Shown here piece by piece: positions 1 to 12,176 of a stretch of DNA of 64,000 bases. The stretch lies in NCBI RefSeq assembly GCF_006345805.1, contig NC_043003.1:59024001-59088000 (forward strand), read 5' to 3'. How positions within the stretch are numbered: the first letter of the stretch is position 1; each line of letters starts with the position of its first letter. The notes under the pieces were generated by a model, which made no database searches, was not told where the DNA came from, and was given only the letters and a program-made list of their open reading frames with translations. A program made the position numbers and the translations under genes. This stretch comes from Octopus sinensis. Lineage: Eukaryota.

Positions 1-475
1 AGTACCTGGGACAATTTGTTCGACTAAACTTTTCATGATGACTCCAGTATGGCTGAAGTCTAATGACTGACAAGTAACAGCTAAAATGATACAATATATG
101 AATGCATGTATCAGAGGCGACTCCAGGTCATCACCGTTACTCGGGATCATCATAGATTTCGTATAAGACACATGTACAGAACGGAAAGTTTTCATAGATT
201 GGAATTTAAATTCTAATCTCTGCATAGGAATTTATTGTTTCAAGAAAACATTGAATTTGAATTACTTTTAATTTTTACGATTATAAATAACGAAAATAAA
301 TGAACTGCAATCAGGCTCAATAAAAGGAGCCCGAGCTATTGACGACAATTACATACTTTGAAGTCAGTGTTGGAAGAAATTAAATCAGCTTGAAAATACA
401 CGTTCACTAAATTTAAACTGGGGCTAAGCCCGAACAGCGCGAGTGACGGAGTCACCACTGGTATATATGCATGTT

Positions 476-711
476 AAGGCAGCGAGCTGGCAGAAACATT
501 AGCACGCCAGGCGAAATGCTTTGCGGTATTTCGTCTGTCTTTACGTTCTGGGTTCAAATTCCGCCGAGGTCGACTTTGCCTTTCATCCTTTCGGGGTTGA
601 TTAAATAAGTACCATTTACGCACTGGGGTTGATGTAATCGACTTAATCCGTTTGTCTGTCCTTGTTTGTCCTCTCTGTGGGTAGCCCCATTGTGGGTAGT
701 AAAGAAATAGG
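476..711 (+). mobile_element. tRNA-derived SINE, family D (working label), monomer
   Basis: Head ggcagcgagctggcagaaacattagc with A-box-like TGGCAGAA and B-box-like GGTTCAAATTCC; central gcctttcatcctttcggggt; tail ...gtagtaaagaaatagg. More than 10 related copies in the window. Confidence 0.85.
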
Positions 712-989
712 TATATATGTATGTTTATGGGCATTTTCATATACATGTATGCATGCATACATACATATACATAGTTATGTGAAACGTCAAAAACGTAGTT
801 CCTCTTCCGTTTACCAAATCAAGCTAGATAGTTGAAAAACACCTAAACAGATTTTATTTCAAAACCTCATTTTATTTAGGTAAAATTGGTTCAGATATGC
901 TTGTTCTAATTTTTAGGGCCCAAAGAAGTCGGTTGGACAGCAAATGGAGGTAATTGCCATTCATATAATTCCCTATATAATAGATGAAT

Positions 990-1412
990 ATTCTTTTCTA
1001 CTCAATGAAAAAGGCCCGAAATTTTGAGGGAGGGTGCTAATCGATTATTAGGCAGCTGGTACTTAATTTATCGACCCCGAAAGGATGAAAGGCAAAGTTG
1101 ACCTCGGCGGAATTTGAACTCCGAACGTAAAGAGAGACGAAATACTGCTAAGCATTTCACTCGGCGTGCTAACGTATCTTATTTATTTACTGCTCACAAA
1201 GGGCTACACACAGAGGGAACAAGTAAGAACAGACAAACGGATTAAGTCGATTATATCGACCGCGGTGCATAACTGGTACTTCTTTAATCGACCCCGAAAG
1301 GATGAAAGGCGAAGTCGACCTCGAAGGAATTTGAACTCAGAACATAAAGAGAGAGGAGATATTGCTAAGCATTTTGCCCGGCGTGCTAACGCTTCTGTCA
1401 GCCCGTCGCCTT
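990..1412 (-). mobile_element. SINE family D dimer
   Basis: The reverse complement gives a full D monomer joined through taaataaataagatacgttagc to a second, head-truncated monomer with a short tail ending agtagaaaagaatat. Confidence 0.85.
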
Positions 1413-2159
1413 AGATATATGATATATGAATATTGTTTGTTATATTTAATTCTTTTTTAACTTTAAAAGGAAAAGATGAAAATAAATATGTTTATACAGA
1501 ATCGTCTCCCAAAATTGTTCACGAATTTGAACAATTTTGACGGACGAGTTCGTTTTATATTTAATAAATTTCAAGCTCAAAGTTGAGTGTTTATGTTTTT
1601 AAATGGTTAGAATCGGTAGATTTACGAACACGTTTTTGTTTCCAAATTCCGCTTAAAGAATGCAGGTGTTACTCTCGTAATGAGTATGTAGGAAATGGTT
1701 GGCATATTTTATAAAACCCCAAGCTTATCTGACAGAAAACGGATATGATGATTATAATATCCAATAATAGCTCTTAAGTAATATAAATGACTCCTTTGAG
1801 TAACGAATCTTGACAAAATGTTTGCTTGCTTTGAATTACAGTTTCCTTCCCCGATATTACAATTTAAATTTTGTAAAATTACCTGAAAATCAGGAAGTAT
1901 TTATTTCGAACTTTAATGAATATTCAGGTTAAGTTTACTCCTGCTCCTGCTGAGAGTGCGTTTGGGAAATATTCATGACATATTAATGTATTATTGAGTT
2001 GATGGATTGGGGCTGACCTTAGTTTTAATGTTCACTAAGAATATCTAAATACGATTAAAACTATTGTCCAAACTACGCAAAGGGAGATATATTGTCTTCA
2101 AAATACTTATTGTCATCACTTCGGCACACAGCATCCCTAGTTAAGCTGACTAATGAATC

Positions 2160-2365
2160 TTTTATTCTTTAATTGTTTCAGTCAATAGACTGAGACCATG
2201 CTGGAGCACCGTTTTGAAAGTATCTTTCGAACAAACCAACACCCTTAGTCATGCTTTTTTTTTTTACTTAAAGTCTAGTATATATTCTGTCGATGCTCTT
2301 TTACTAAACTGCTTAGTTATGGGGACGTTAGCAATCCAGCACTGGTTGTCAAACCACGTGGGGTG
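2160..2365 (-). mobile_element. SINE family A, 3' part
   Basis: tgtttcagtcaatagactgagaccatgctggagcaccg...ggggacgt matches the tail of the fuller A copies at 6552-6958 and 50912-51330. Confidence 0.75.
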
Positions 2366-2466
2366 TGACGAATGGACATACACACACGTACGCGCACGCG
2401 CACACACACACATACACACACGCGTATACACATACATTTGAATACACATACACACACACATATACA

Positions 2467-3630
2467 CAGGGTGCGATGGGTAAACTGTCGCAATGATATA
2501 TTTTTAATTTCGCGCATGCGCATTGTTTGTTTTTGATTTTGTCGACTACACAGTATAGTAGGGTCAGTTTGGCACCTTCTGTGAGAAAAAACAGCACAGT
2601 GACGCAATTCACTCTGCCAGAAATTTGGAAACGAGATGTTTTACTGCTTGGCATTCACGTCGGAAACTCCAATACGAACATTCCAGAGTTAGGGTGTCAA
2701 TCTGAGGACACGTATCGAGAGTGATAAAAATCAAACATCCAGTCAACATCGTTATGTTTGAAGTGGTCACTAGTGATGGTGACGTTATGCCTCCATTCAA
2801 CTTCCAACATGGCCTCAGACTCAACACGGAGGCCTACATCAAGTGCCTGGAGGAGGTAATGCTACAGTGGGTCTAGAGGACGGCTGCTGGAAGACCCTAT
2901 GTCTGGAAATAGGAGTTTGCACCATGCCACACAAGTAGGAGAACCCAGTCATGGCTGTCAAATAATTTCTGCGGCAACAAAACCCCTGTCATCTGACCAC
3001 CTAACTCCCCAGACTGCAACGCCTTTGTTTATTATGTGTGGGGCGTAGTTGAGCAAAAGACCAACAAAACTCCTTGTAACACCAAAGATGAACTGAAGAC
3101 AAGGAATACGGTAGCTTCACCAACTTAAACAAGGAGACCGTCCAGAAGAGTTTCAGGAGATTCCAAAGTCGTCTGGAGACCGTGGTTGAAGCCAATGGCG
3201 ATTTTATTGAATAAATTTACTCTTTAATATTTGAAGATATCTTGGTAAATATATCTGTAAAAATGCGTGAAGGCACATGACCTAGTGGTTAGTACAGCGG
3301 ACTCGCAGTCTAGGGATAGCAGTCTGGGGATCGCGGGTTCGAGTCTCAGACCGAGTGATGAGTGTGTTTACGAGCGAAACACCTAAGATCCATGCGGCTC
3401 CGGCAGAAGGTAACGGCAAACTTCTGCTGACTCTTTCGCCACAACTTTCTCTCACATCTTTCCTCCTGCATCCAACAACTCAATTCTGAAAGACCAGCGT
3501 CCCATTCAGGTGGGGAGCCTATACGCCAATGAAACCGGCGAAGGAATAAACAACATAGCTGTTAAAATGAGACCTCAGTGTTATTTTCCTTTTTGCGTAA
3601 TTTAGATGACACCTTATTCACTGCACCCTG
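2467..3630 (+). mobile_element. Internally deleted maT/DD37D Tc1-mariner transposon with pseudogenised transposase C-half
   Basis: About 2730-3213 translates with stops/frameshift as KHPVNIVMFEVVTSDGDVMPPF...EAYIKCLEEV...GRPYVWK*EFAPCHTSRRTQSWL...PPNSPDCNAFVYYVWGVVE...RLETVVEANGDFIE*, with 37 residues between the 2nd and 3rd catalytic positions. Termini are cagggtgc (2467) and gcaccctg followed by TA (3630). Confidence 0.85.
3266..3558 (+). mobile_element. tRNA-derived SINE family C inserted in the maT element
   Basis: A box tagtggttag, B box gggttcgagtc; body matches the reverse complement of 12177-12487; TSD ctgtaaaaatg (3255-3265) / ctgttaaaatg (3559-3569). Confidence 0.85.
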
Positions 3631-3664
3631 TATGTATGTATGTATACATATGTGTGTGTGTGTA

Positions 3665-3742
<78 letters not shown>

Positions 3743-3746
3743 ATGC

Positions 3747-3778
<32 letters not shown>

Positions 3779-4771
3779 ATACATATATACATACATCTTA
3801 ATTATGTTCCTTTAGTTTCTGCTTGCATTGCTTCCGTTCAAAGAAGTGAAATATAGCTCACTTGTAGCACTACAACTCCAGTACTCCAGTCTATTTTTGC
3901 GAGTATTGTTAACACAAGCAATCTCAAAATAAAGCTGTGTATTTTATATACATACATATATATAAATATATATATATATATAGATAGATAGATAGATATA
4001 TGACGAGCTTCCAAACAATCTCCGTGTATCAAGTCTACTCACACGGCATTGTGGTGCTATAATATTAAATCCTTTCCCACGTTGTCGTACAACAGACCTG
4101 AACCCGAAACTACGTGATTGCAAAGTGTGCTTTTCTTTTATACATTTAAAAAATGGTTGGATTTGATAAGAAGTAACACCTCTGCTATGTCTAGCTCATG
4201 AACATTCCTCGCTGGTTTGCACAAATACTACTGATATACAAAGTTAACAGTGAATGCAGTATTCTCGAATGTTAAAAGGACAACTTGATATCTCTTATAA
4301 AATGTGTGACAAAGATTCAATCAAAATAAAAAAAAACAGACAGTAAATAAACTATTATTTTATTCAATATTATGTTGCTATGGTGAAATATCTAAAGTAA
4401 TAAAGACGGATGTGATGCAATTTGAATGTCTAAAGGAATTGTTTCTTTGAAATAATCTCGATAATCAGTGAGAAAAAGGAAGGAACACAGGCATCCTCCA
4501 TTATAACAATCAAAGAATTGTTTGTCTTATATCTTAGAGCGACTGTGTGATGTATTTATTACCTGGTATAAGAAAGAGAACAGCGTTTCATATAATCATA
4601 AACATATTGAGCTTAAAATGTTGTGATAGGCGCAGGCATGGATGTTTTTGTTACGAAATACGTTTCGGAACCAGTTGATTTCGAGTTCATCCCAAAACGC
4701 GGCAACTTAGTCAAATATCTTCTACTATAGGTCCATGCCAACCTATCTAGTAGACATAACAGCGGAAATGC

Positions 4772-4809
<38 letters not shown>

Positions 4810-4823
4810 CATACATGCATACA

Positions 4824-4859
<36 letters not shown>

Positions 4860-4864
4860 TATAT

Positions 4865-4895
<31 letters not shown>

Positions 4896-4932
4896 GTATA
4901 TATATCGTTATATTTTTTTATCTTATATTTGA

Positions 4933-5330
4933 CTAGCAGTATCGCCCGGCGTTGCTCGGGTTTGTAAGGGAAATAACTATATAAGCATTTTTAGAGATGT
5001 AAACTATAATAGCTATCTCAATATGGTTAACCACAAAGGGGGGGGGGTGTTACTGTAGCTTTTTACGTTCTGAGATTTAATGATAAATTTTTAGAGAGTT
5101 ACTTCCCTTATATATGCCCAAAATACATTAAAAATGGGAAAAATTGAGGGAATTTTTTTTTTTAATCGTAGACTCATCGTAGACGCGCGCTAATACCCAG
5201 AAGGGCTCGATATGAATCACGACTATAAGATACCCGGTTTTGGTTAAACTGCACCGCAAGTTGTGGGAGTAGTTAGGAATCTAAATCGTAGGAGACAGAC
5301 AGCACACAACCTCACTTTTATATATAAAGA
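4933..5330 (-). mobile_element. Non-autonomous Helitron, about 400 bp, both ends intact
   Basis: On the minus strand it begins A|TC tttatatataaaag and ends with the hairpin cccgagcaacgccggg followed by CTAG|T: canonical TC...CTAG ends and AT insertion site. Confidence 0.85.
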
Positions 5331-6051
5331 TTATTCCTATTATATGTAATTTTCTAGATGGTGTAATGTAATTTTTCATTTTGAATTGATAAAAGGTGTT
5401 TTTTTCTAATTTATATATATATATATATATATATTATATTTTGTGAAATTTGATTTAGTATTTCTAAATTGAATTTTTCCCTGTAAGTTTGGAATAATAT
5501 TCCCTCAAATTATTATTATTATTATGTAAATATATTTAAAAGCAGCAGAAATTCAACAAAAGCTGTTACTCGGAGTTTCACGTTCCCGTTCGTCGGACAG
5601 TTTTGTTAAAATAGAACCAAGACTAGTATAAACGACACACCTTTAAAAATGGATTTGTTTCAAATAACGGTCATATGCGAGCGATAACAAAAATAAACAA
5701 AACAAATAAATGGGTTCAACATAAAATTATAAAAATCGAGGAAAAACCTTAAATCGAAGGTTTGATTCAAATTCATATCGTCATTAATTATATAGAAAAT
5801 ATAATTCGATTAATACAATTAATACATAAAAATTGAAATTAAAATATATTAAAATATCTCACAACTGTACATACCCATACTAAACCATCAATATACATGT
5901 ATGCATACATCAAAATAAACAGATAGATTTGCACTGACCACATACATATACAGACATATAAATGCAAAACGAAAATATACACACAAATACATGTACACAT
6001 ATGTATACGCAATCTTGCTCGCATGCAAAAATCACTTGGAGTATATATATA

Positions 6052-6115
6052 TATATTATTATTATTATTATTATTATTAGCATTATTATTATTATTATTA
6101 TCATCATCATCATCA

Positions 6116-6174
<59 letters not shown>

Positions 6175-6177
6175 TTT
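6052..6177. repeat. (ATT)n/(ATC)n microsatellite
   Basis: Direct inspection; source of the poly-I, poly-L and poly-M ORFs at 5910-6280. Confidence 0.95.
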
Positions 6178-6551
6178 ATTAATATTAGGGAATTTATTTC
6201 CGAGTCCACAGGGGAGAGAAATTCAATTTAATGGTACTAAAATGAATTTCTCGCTGTATTATATACATGTATATAAATAGGTTTAAGAGACAGAACCACC
6301 TTCAAGCGACTCAAACAACATTGAACGACATTATCTGTGATAGAGATATATAAGATAAACTTTTATCAAAATTAATGTCTACAATTACTATTCTGAATCA
6401 TATATTAAATTAAATTTTTGTACTTTTTTACAATCGTAGTAATATTTGAGCACTGTCGCTCTTGAAATTTGTGTTACTCTGGAATTGGGTTTCTAACTTG
6501 GTGTTGGGAATTGGGAATAGTACCATGTTGAGTGTCATGTCTTTATATATA

Positions 6552-6958
6552 CTCTCTCTCTTCTACTTGTTTCAGTCATTTGACTGCGGCCATGCTGGAG
6601 CACCGCCTTTAGTCGAGCAAATCAACCCCGGGACTTATTCTTTGTAAGCCCAGTACTTATTCTATCAGTCTCTTTTGCCGAACCGCTAAGTGACGGGGAC
6701 GTAAACACACCAGCATCGGTTGTCAAGCAATGCTAGGGGGACAAACACAGACACACAAACATATACACACGCACTTATATATATATATACATATATACGA
6801 CAGGCTTCTTTCAGTTTCCGTCTACCAAATCCACTCACAAGGCATTGGTCGGCCCGGGGCTATAGCAGAAGACACTTGCCCAAGATGCCACGCAGTGGGA
6901 CTGAACCCGGAACCATGTGGTTGGTTAGCAAGCTACTTACCACACAGCCACTCCTGCG
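6552..6958 (-). mobile_element. SINE family A, near full length (tRNA head, CORE-like domain, internal CA/TA repeat, tail)
   Basis: Minus strand: gcaggagtggctgtgtggtaagtagc...gggttcagtcccactgcgtggcatcttgggcaagtgtcttc (ttgggcaagt resembles the CORE-SINE motif)...ggtgctccagcatggccgcagtcaaatgactgaaacaagtagaaga. Confidence 0.85.
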
Positions 6959-7228
6959 TAGCAAAAAAGTTTTATATAACCCAGAGCTGAAGATTGGCAG
7001 TATAGTCGGATTGATATGGTATTGAATTTCGAGACCTTCTATTTCAGAAATACCAATAGATATATTGTCATGAAATGGGCGTTGTCTAAATAATTTAATT
7101 TAATATATGATTCAGAATAGTAATTGTAGATATTAATTTTGATAAAAGCTTATCTTATATAGCTCTATCATAGATAATGTCATTCAATGTTGTTTGAGTT
7201 GCTTGAAGGTGGTTCTGTCTCTTAAACC

Positions 7229-7261
<33 letters not shown>

Positions 7262-7266
7262 GTGTG

Positions 7267-7298
<32 letters not shown>

Positions 7299-7341
7299 TA
7301 TCTATATATGTATATATATACATATATACATATACACAAAC

Positions 7342-7467
7342 GTTTCATGTTAAGTAGAGTAGGAAAATATCCAAGTATCTTAACAATTTTTCAAGCCGAT
7401 CACTTGGAGAAAAATTATTAAGGTGTTAAGATACTTGGATATTTTCCTACTCTTCCTAACATGAAAC
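7342..7467. repeat. Inverted repeat with arms of about 44 bp
   Basis: gtttcatgttaagtagagtaggaaaatatccaagtatcttaaca ... tgttaagatacttggatattttcctactcttcctaacatgaaac. Confidence 0.9.
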
Positions 7468-7555
7468 CAATGTTTGCCTTAATCGACGAATAAAGAAATT
7501 ATTTATCCACCAATGCGGTGTTGAGGTCTCATTCCATCGCTGTACATTTACGTAT

Positions 7556-7604
<49 letters not shown>

Positions 7605-7606
<2 letters not shown>

Positions 7607-7720
7607 TAGTTTAACGCTCGGGAAGTGGGAAAGTATTTTACGTTTCGAGCCTATGCCCTTCGACAGAAAGGAACACAGAAAATAAACAGGGAGAGAAAAT
7701 AGAAAAAGGCGTATTGGCTA
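7605..7720 (-). mobile_element. Penelope-like terminal-repeat fragment containing a hammerhead-like motif
   Basis: Reverse complement matches 13185-13270; motif cttt-ctgtcga-a-gggc-atag-gctc-gaaac-gta-aaat at 7670-7635. PLE assignment is inferred from the motif type. Confidence 0.55.
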
Positions 7721-8523
7721 GCGATACGTCTCTTGTGTGGGAATGATGTCCCTCCACCTCTTGAGAGCCGGCGTTGGTATGTTTACGACTCTGTAACGTA
7801 ACGGTTCAGCAAATAGACCGATAGAGTAAGTACCAGATTTAACCAAAATAAGTACTTGGGTGTATTTGCTCGACTAAATCCTCCAAGGCGGTGCCCCCAA
7901 ACAGCTACAGTCCAATGACTGCAACGAGTGAAAGATACAAGATATGTCAAATTTTTCAATAAAGATTATGCTATCGATTTAAATGTTTCCTGTGTCTCAC
8001 TGATGTTTATGGTACAGGCATTGTAAAAGGAATCTAGTACTTAGAATTTCCAAAGCGAAATATGTGGTTTCAAAGTAAAGTTGGTGAATCATCCAGACCA
8101 ATATTCTGACATTCGTATAATTCAACATTATCCTGACATTCTAAACAATAATTTCTAATTTGAAGTATCGAAGATTTTCTCAAGAGCACGAGTTGCGTAG
8201 ATGGACTGATTGACTTTCAACGGGGACTGAAACTAGAATAAGCATGTTGCCGAGCGTTTCTTATCTACCTACAGATCACACCATTTGTATATTTTAGTAT
8301 AGTGGTAAACACCATTTCAGTAAATGTGCTAAATGCTCGTCAAGTTAAGCCTGCAATTTCAAATCTTTTCGGTAAATATTTTGATAAAGTTAAAAGAGCG
8401 CAGCATCCCATGTTTGCTTTTTAAACATATAAAACTTTAGTTCCTGGTGAAAGCTACATGAAACAGGTATTTACTATACGAGTGAAAACTGGTTCTATAT
8501 TTAATGCAATATCACGTATTATT

Positions 8524-8771
8524 CATCGTTGGTCAGAATGCGTTTTGCATCTTTTAGCTTTCGAAATATGCCACCCTGATGGCTCGGCGAACAGGCCATC
8601 ATTCCACTGATCGGAAGGCTAGTCCGTCGCAAGGTTACCCAGTTACAGTTAAGTGAACTGCAGCAATGTGAAATGAAATATGTTGCTCAAAAACACAACA
8701 CGAAACTGGTCTGGGAATCGAAACCAAGATTTCCCGATCGTAATTGCAACACCCCTGACCACGCGCCTTCA
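8524..8771 (-). mobile_element. tRNA-derived SINE family B, tail variant Y
   Basis: Minus strand gaaggcgcgtgg...gtttcgattccc...ttgagcaacatatttcatttcacattgctgcag shares head and core with 12488-12740 and 44575-44730; the tail differs. Confidence 0.7.
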
Positions 8772-8811
8772 CTACAGTTAATATATTAAATAGAAGATAG
8801 CATGCTTATTA

Positions 8812-9000
8812 AGGCGGCGAGCAGGTAGAATCGTTAGCATGCTGGACTAAATGCTAGACGGCATTTCATCCGTTTTTATGATGTGAGTTCAACTTCCACT
8901 CGCGTTGACTTTCCTTTCGCTCTCTTAAGCGCTGGGATCGTGTAACTGACTTACCCTTTTCCCCAAAACTGCTAGCCTTGCGATAAAATTTGAAATCAAT
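8812..9000 (+). mobile_element. SINE family D, diverged copy
   Basis: aaggcggcgagcaggtagaatcgttagcatgc...gagttcaacttcc. Confidence 0.7.
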
Positions 9001-10164
9001 ATAGTATATTTATTTTTGTAAAAAATATTTCCCTACATTTGCATTAATATAGCTTGGCGGGGAGCTGGTGCAGTCGTTAGCGCACCGAGTTCAAATAACA
9101 CCGATATCGACTTTCATATATTCGGAGTAGGTAAAATATGTAGCAGTCAAGTACTAAGGCCGATACAATCGTCTTCACTACCCTCACAAATTTATGGCCT
9201 TGCGCCAAAATAAGAAAGATATATTATTATAACATAGTAGAACTGATAACAGGTTTGAACAGCACAACTTTTTGTTTTTTGAAGTTTAAAGTAATTTCAT
9301 ATGAATTAATACAGGCATTTTGGACAATTTACAACTTCCATAAAGTAATTTAAAGTTCGGTCATTAAAGTTCAATGATCATATAGAAATTCAGAGCCAAA
9401 TATTTATTACAAAACATAGAAGATGTAGAAATCCTTAACTAATCAGAGAAAGTTATGTAAACATATTACCCGCAAGGAAAGCGTCAGAAAACAAAATTAA
9501 AAGGATCACAAAACATTTATTCTCATTTATAAACTCTTCTTAACGATGTGATCAATGTAGAAGTTAATGAAGCCTGGTTCTGATGTAAGAGAGTAGCAAT
9601 AAAAACAATTCTGCCGCCTGTTTTATGAAGCTTTAATGAATCTTGTGTCTTTAAGTATCATTTGCTATAAACAAAACTGCATTTTAGTTATTCTTCCCTC
9701 ACATATATAGGCATGTTAATGAGTAAACGTCTATCTTTATATCGGTACAATAGATAATTATCTAGAATCTACCAGCAGGGAAACTTCTTGCCGGAGCCTA
9801 AAACACATTCACAATACTCAATAATGAGGCGTAAATGAAATGATGTGACAGAGAAAGTATGTGTGAGAGTGGTGAGGTCAGTTGTATTTCTCTTGTGACA
9901 AAATGTATTAATGAACGTACAGTGCAGAAACCTTACCCTCAAACTAGACAAATTTGCTATGGTACGAGCTCACAGTTGAAAATAATAGGTAGTTTTATTG
10001 AGTTACAGGCAGAAAATAGCAAGGAATTTAGTCGCCAAACATGAATGAAATATTGAATATCGCATATAATATACAATTGATGAAGATTGTCAACCATTAT
10101 GTATATAATACATACATACATACATACATACATACATACACACACACTCTCTCTCACACACACG

Positions 10165-10212
<48 letters not shown>

Positions 10213-11214
10213 CAGGCATACAGTTATATATGTGTGTATTTATACATACACAACAACAATGGCTACAGCAAACAAAATGAGGGGGAAAAAAACTAATAAC
10301 ATCTAATAAAAAAACATCATATAACGCACTCCAGAGATATTTTCCTGAAATAAAGGGGGAAAAAATGAAAGATTCTTTTAAAGAAATACATTTTCAAGTA
10401 GCGACAGGCTATTTTTTCTCTTATTCTACTGCAAACTAAAAGAAAAACCAAAAGAGGAAGAAAAGAAGGAAAGGGAGAAGAAAGAAATCATAGAATATTT
10501 TTCGACAACAGAACATTACCAATAGCGATAAAAACTGCAGCGAAGCTTGGTAATGACTAAAAATAAAAAAAAAATGAAAGAAAGAAAGGAAATATAATGG
10601 TATTGTGGAGAAACCGTTATGTTTGCCAAAATAGGATGTAATACTCGTTCTTTATTGATATCTTTACAAACAAAATGCATCACAGTATTTAGTTTCGTTC
10701 CTCTCGGTTCTTTGGTAAGGAAGATCGATCGATAGAATTAGTTCCCAACAATAATGATATGCTATAGTTACGATCAATAATAAAACAAAAAATGCCGTGC
10801 TTTGGCATAAAACCGTAGGATATCAGGCTATTTATCTAACAGTATTTAGTTTCGATATTCCATGTTCAGAAATCGAATCTTACGAGGGTAATCAGTTGAG
10901 GAACCATAAAATAAGCACTGGTTATGTGTTGAAGAAGGTGGTGCGACGGCAGAATCATTAACATGTCGGACAAAATGCTTAGCAGTATTTCATCCGGCTT
11001 TTACGCTATGAATTCACGTCCTGTTTTTCATTACTTCTTCGTCGATAAATTAAAGTACCAGTAAAGTATTGGGGTATATGTAATCGACTTGTCTTCTTCC
11101 CCTTAAATTTTCTGGCCTTGCAGTCTGCAACAAAACGGCGTCCCCTTCATAGAAACTGGGCAACCGGCCTTATGATTCCTTGCGCCTTAGAAACAAATGA
11201 GTTAATCTTTTTAT

Positions 11215-11416
11215 ATTTTACTTGTTTCAGTCATTTGACTGCGGTCATGCTGGGGCACCACGTTAAATGGTATTTATTTGAAGAAACCGATCCCAGTATT
11301 TACTTTTTAAGCCTGGCATTTATTCTATCGGTCTATTTTGCTGAACCGCTAGGTTACTGGAACGTAAACACACCAACACATCAAGCGGTGATGGATGGGG
11401 GCACAAACACAGACAG

Positions 11417-11460
<44 letters not shown>

Positions 11461-11991
11461 AAACACAAGCACTACACACACACAAACACACACACACACA
11501 CACGCACACATATATATATATATATATATATATTAGAAGGTTTGGAGATGATGTACAGATATTATATATCCGAAGAAATAACGTACTCAGAAATCTAGAT
11601 GGTTTTATATTTATTAATATGTCACATGTTTTTATAAATCATATATTAGCGCTTGCGTCCACTCTAGTGGAGTTTTCAGATTGAAGACTCCACTAGAGTG
11701 GACGCAAGCGCTAACATATGATTTATAAAAACATGAGATATATTAATAAGTATAGGTAAATATAAAATCATCTAGATTTCTGAGTACCTTATTTCTTCTA
11801 ATATATATATATATATATATATATACGACGGGCTTCTTTCAGTTTCCGTCTACCAAATCCACTCACAAAACTTTGGTCGTCCCGCGGCTACAGTAGAAGA
11901 CATTTGCCCAAGGTACTATGCAATGAGATTGAGCCCGGAACCATGTGGTTGGGAAAGAAACTTCTTACCACACAGCCACTCCTGCGCCTAT
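11215..11991 (-). mobile_element. SINE family A split by a hairpin insert in its internal microsatellite
   Basis: Tail half about 11215-11420 and head half about 11825-11991 are collinear, separated by (CA)n(TA)n and the 11572-11798 palindrome. Confidence 0.8.
11572..11798. repeat. Long palindrome (about 227 bp), MITE-like or fold-back Penelope end
   Basis: gaagaaataacgtactcagaaatctagatg...gcgcttgcgtccactctagtggagttttc / gaagactccactagagtggacgcaagcgc...catctagatttctgagtaccttatttcttc; axis near 11682. Confidence 0.9.
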
Positions 11992-12176
11992 TGAAGAAAT
12001 AAATTTCAAATTTGTAACGCTTGTCAATGTGAGCATTCATATAAATATTCTTTAGGCCTGGTGTCACATCAAATGGCAATAATTAGAATGTTGTCATTAA
12101 ACACACACATACACATACATATACACGTGCGCGCGCGCGCGTGTGGAAGTTGAACTGAACATCGAAGACATGTTTT

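Noticed and set aside
917-949. 33-nt plus-strand exon candidate (ttctaatttttag|...GAG|gtaatt); similar candidates near 1842-1927 and 8275-8371
   Set aside because: Good splice signals, but no recognisable peptide and no consistent chain of phases; expected by chance in AT-rich DNA.
474-1414. ORFs at 474-758 and 1166-1414, and similar ones at 11118-11684, 49916-50173 and 62464-62667
   Set aside because: They are chance reading frames through SINE sequence and recur with the SINE copies.
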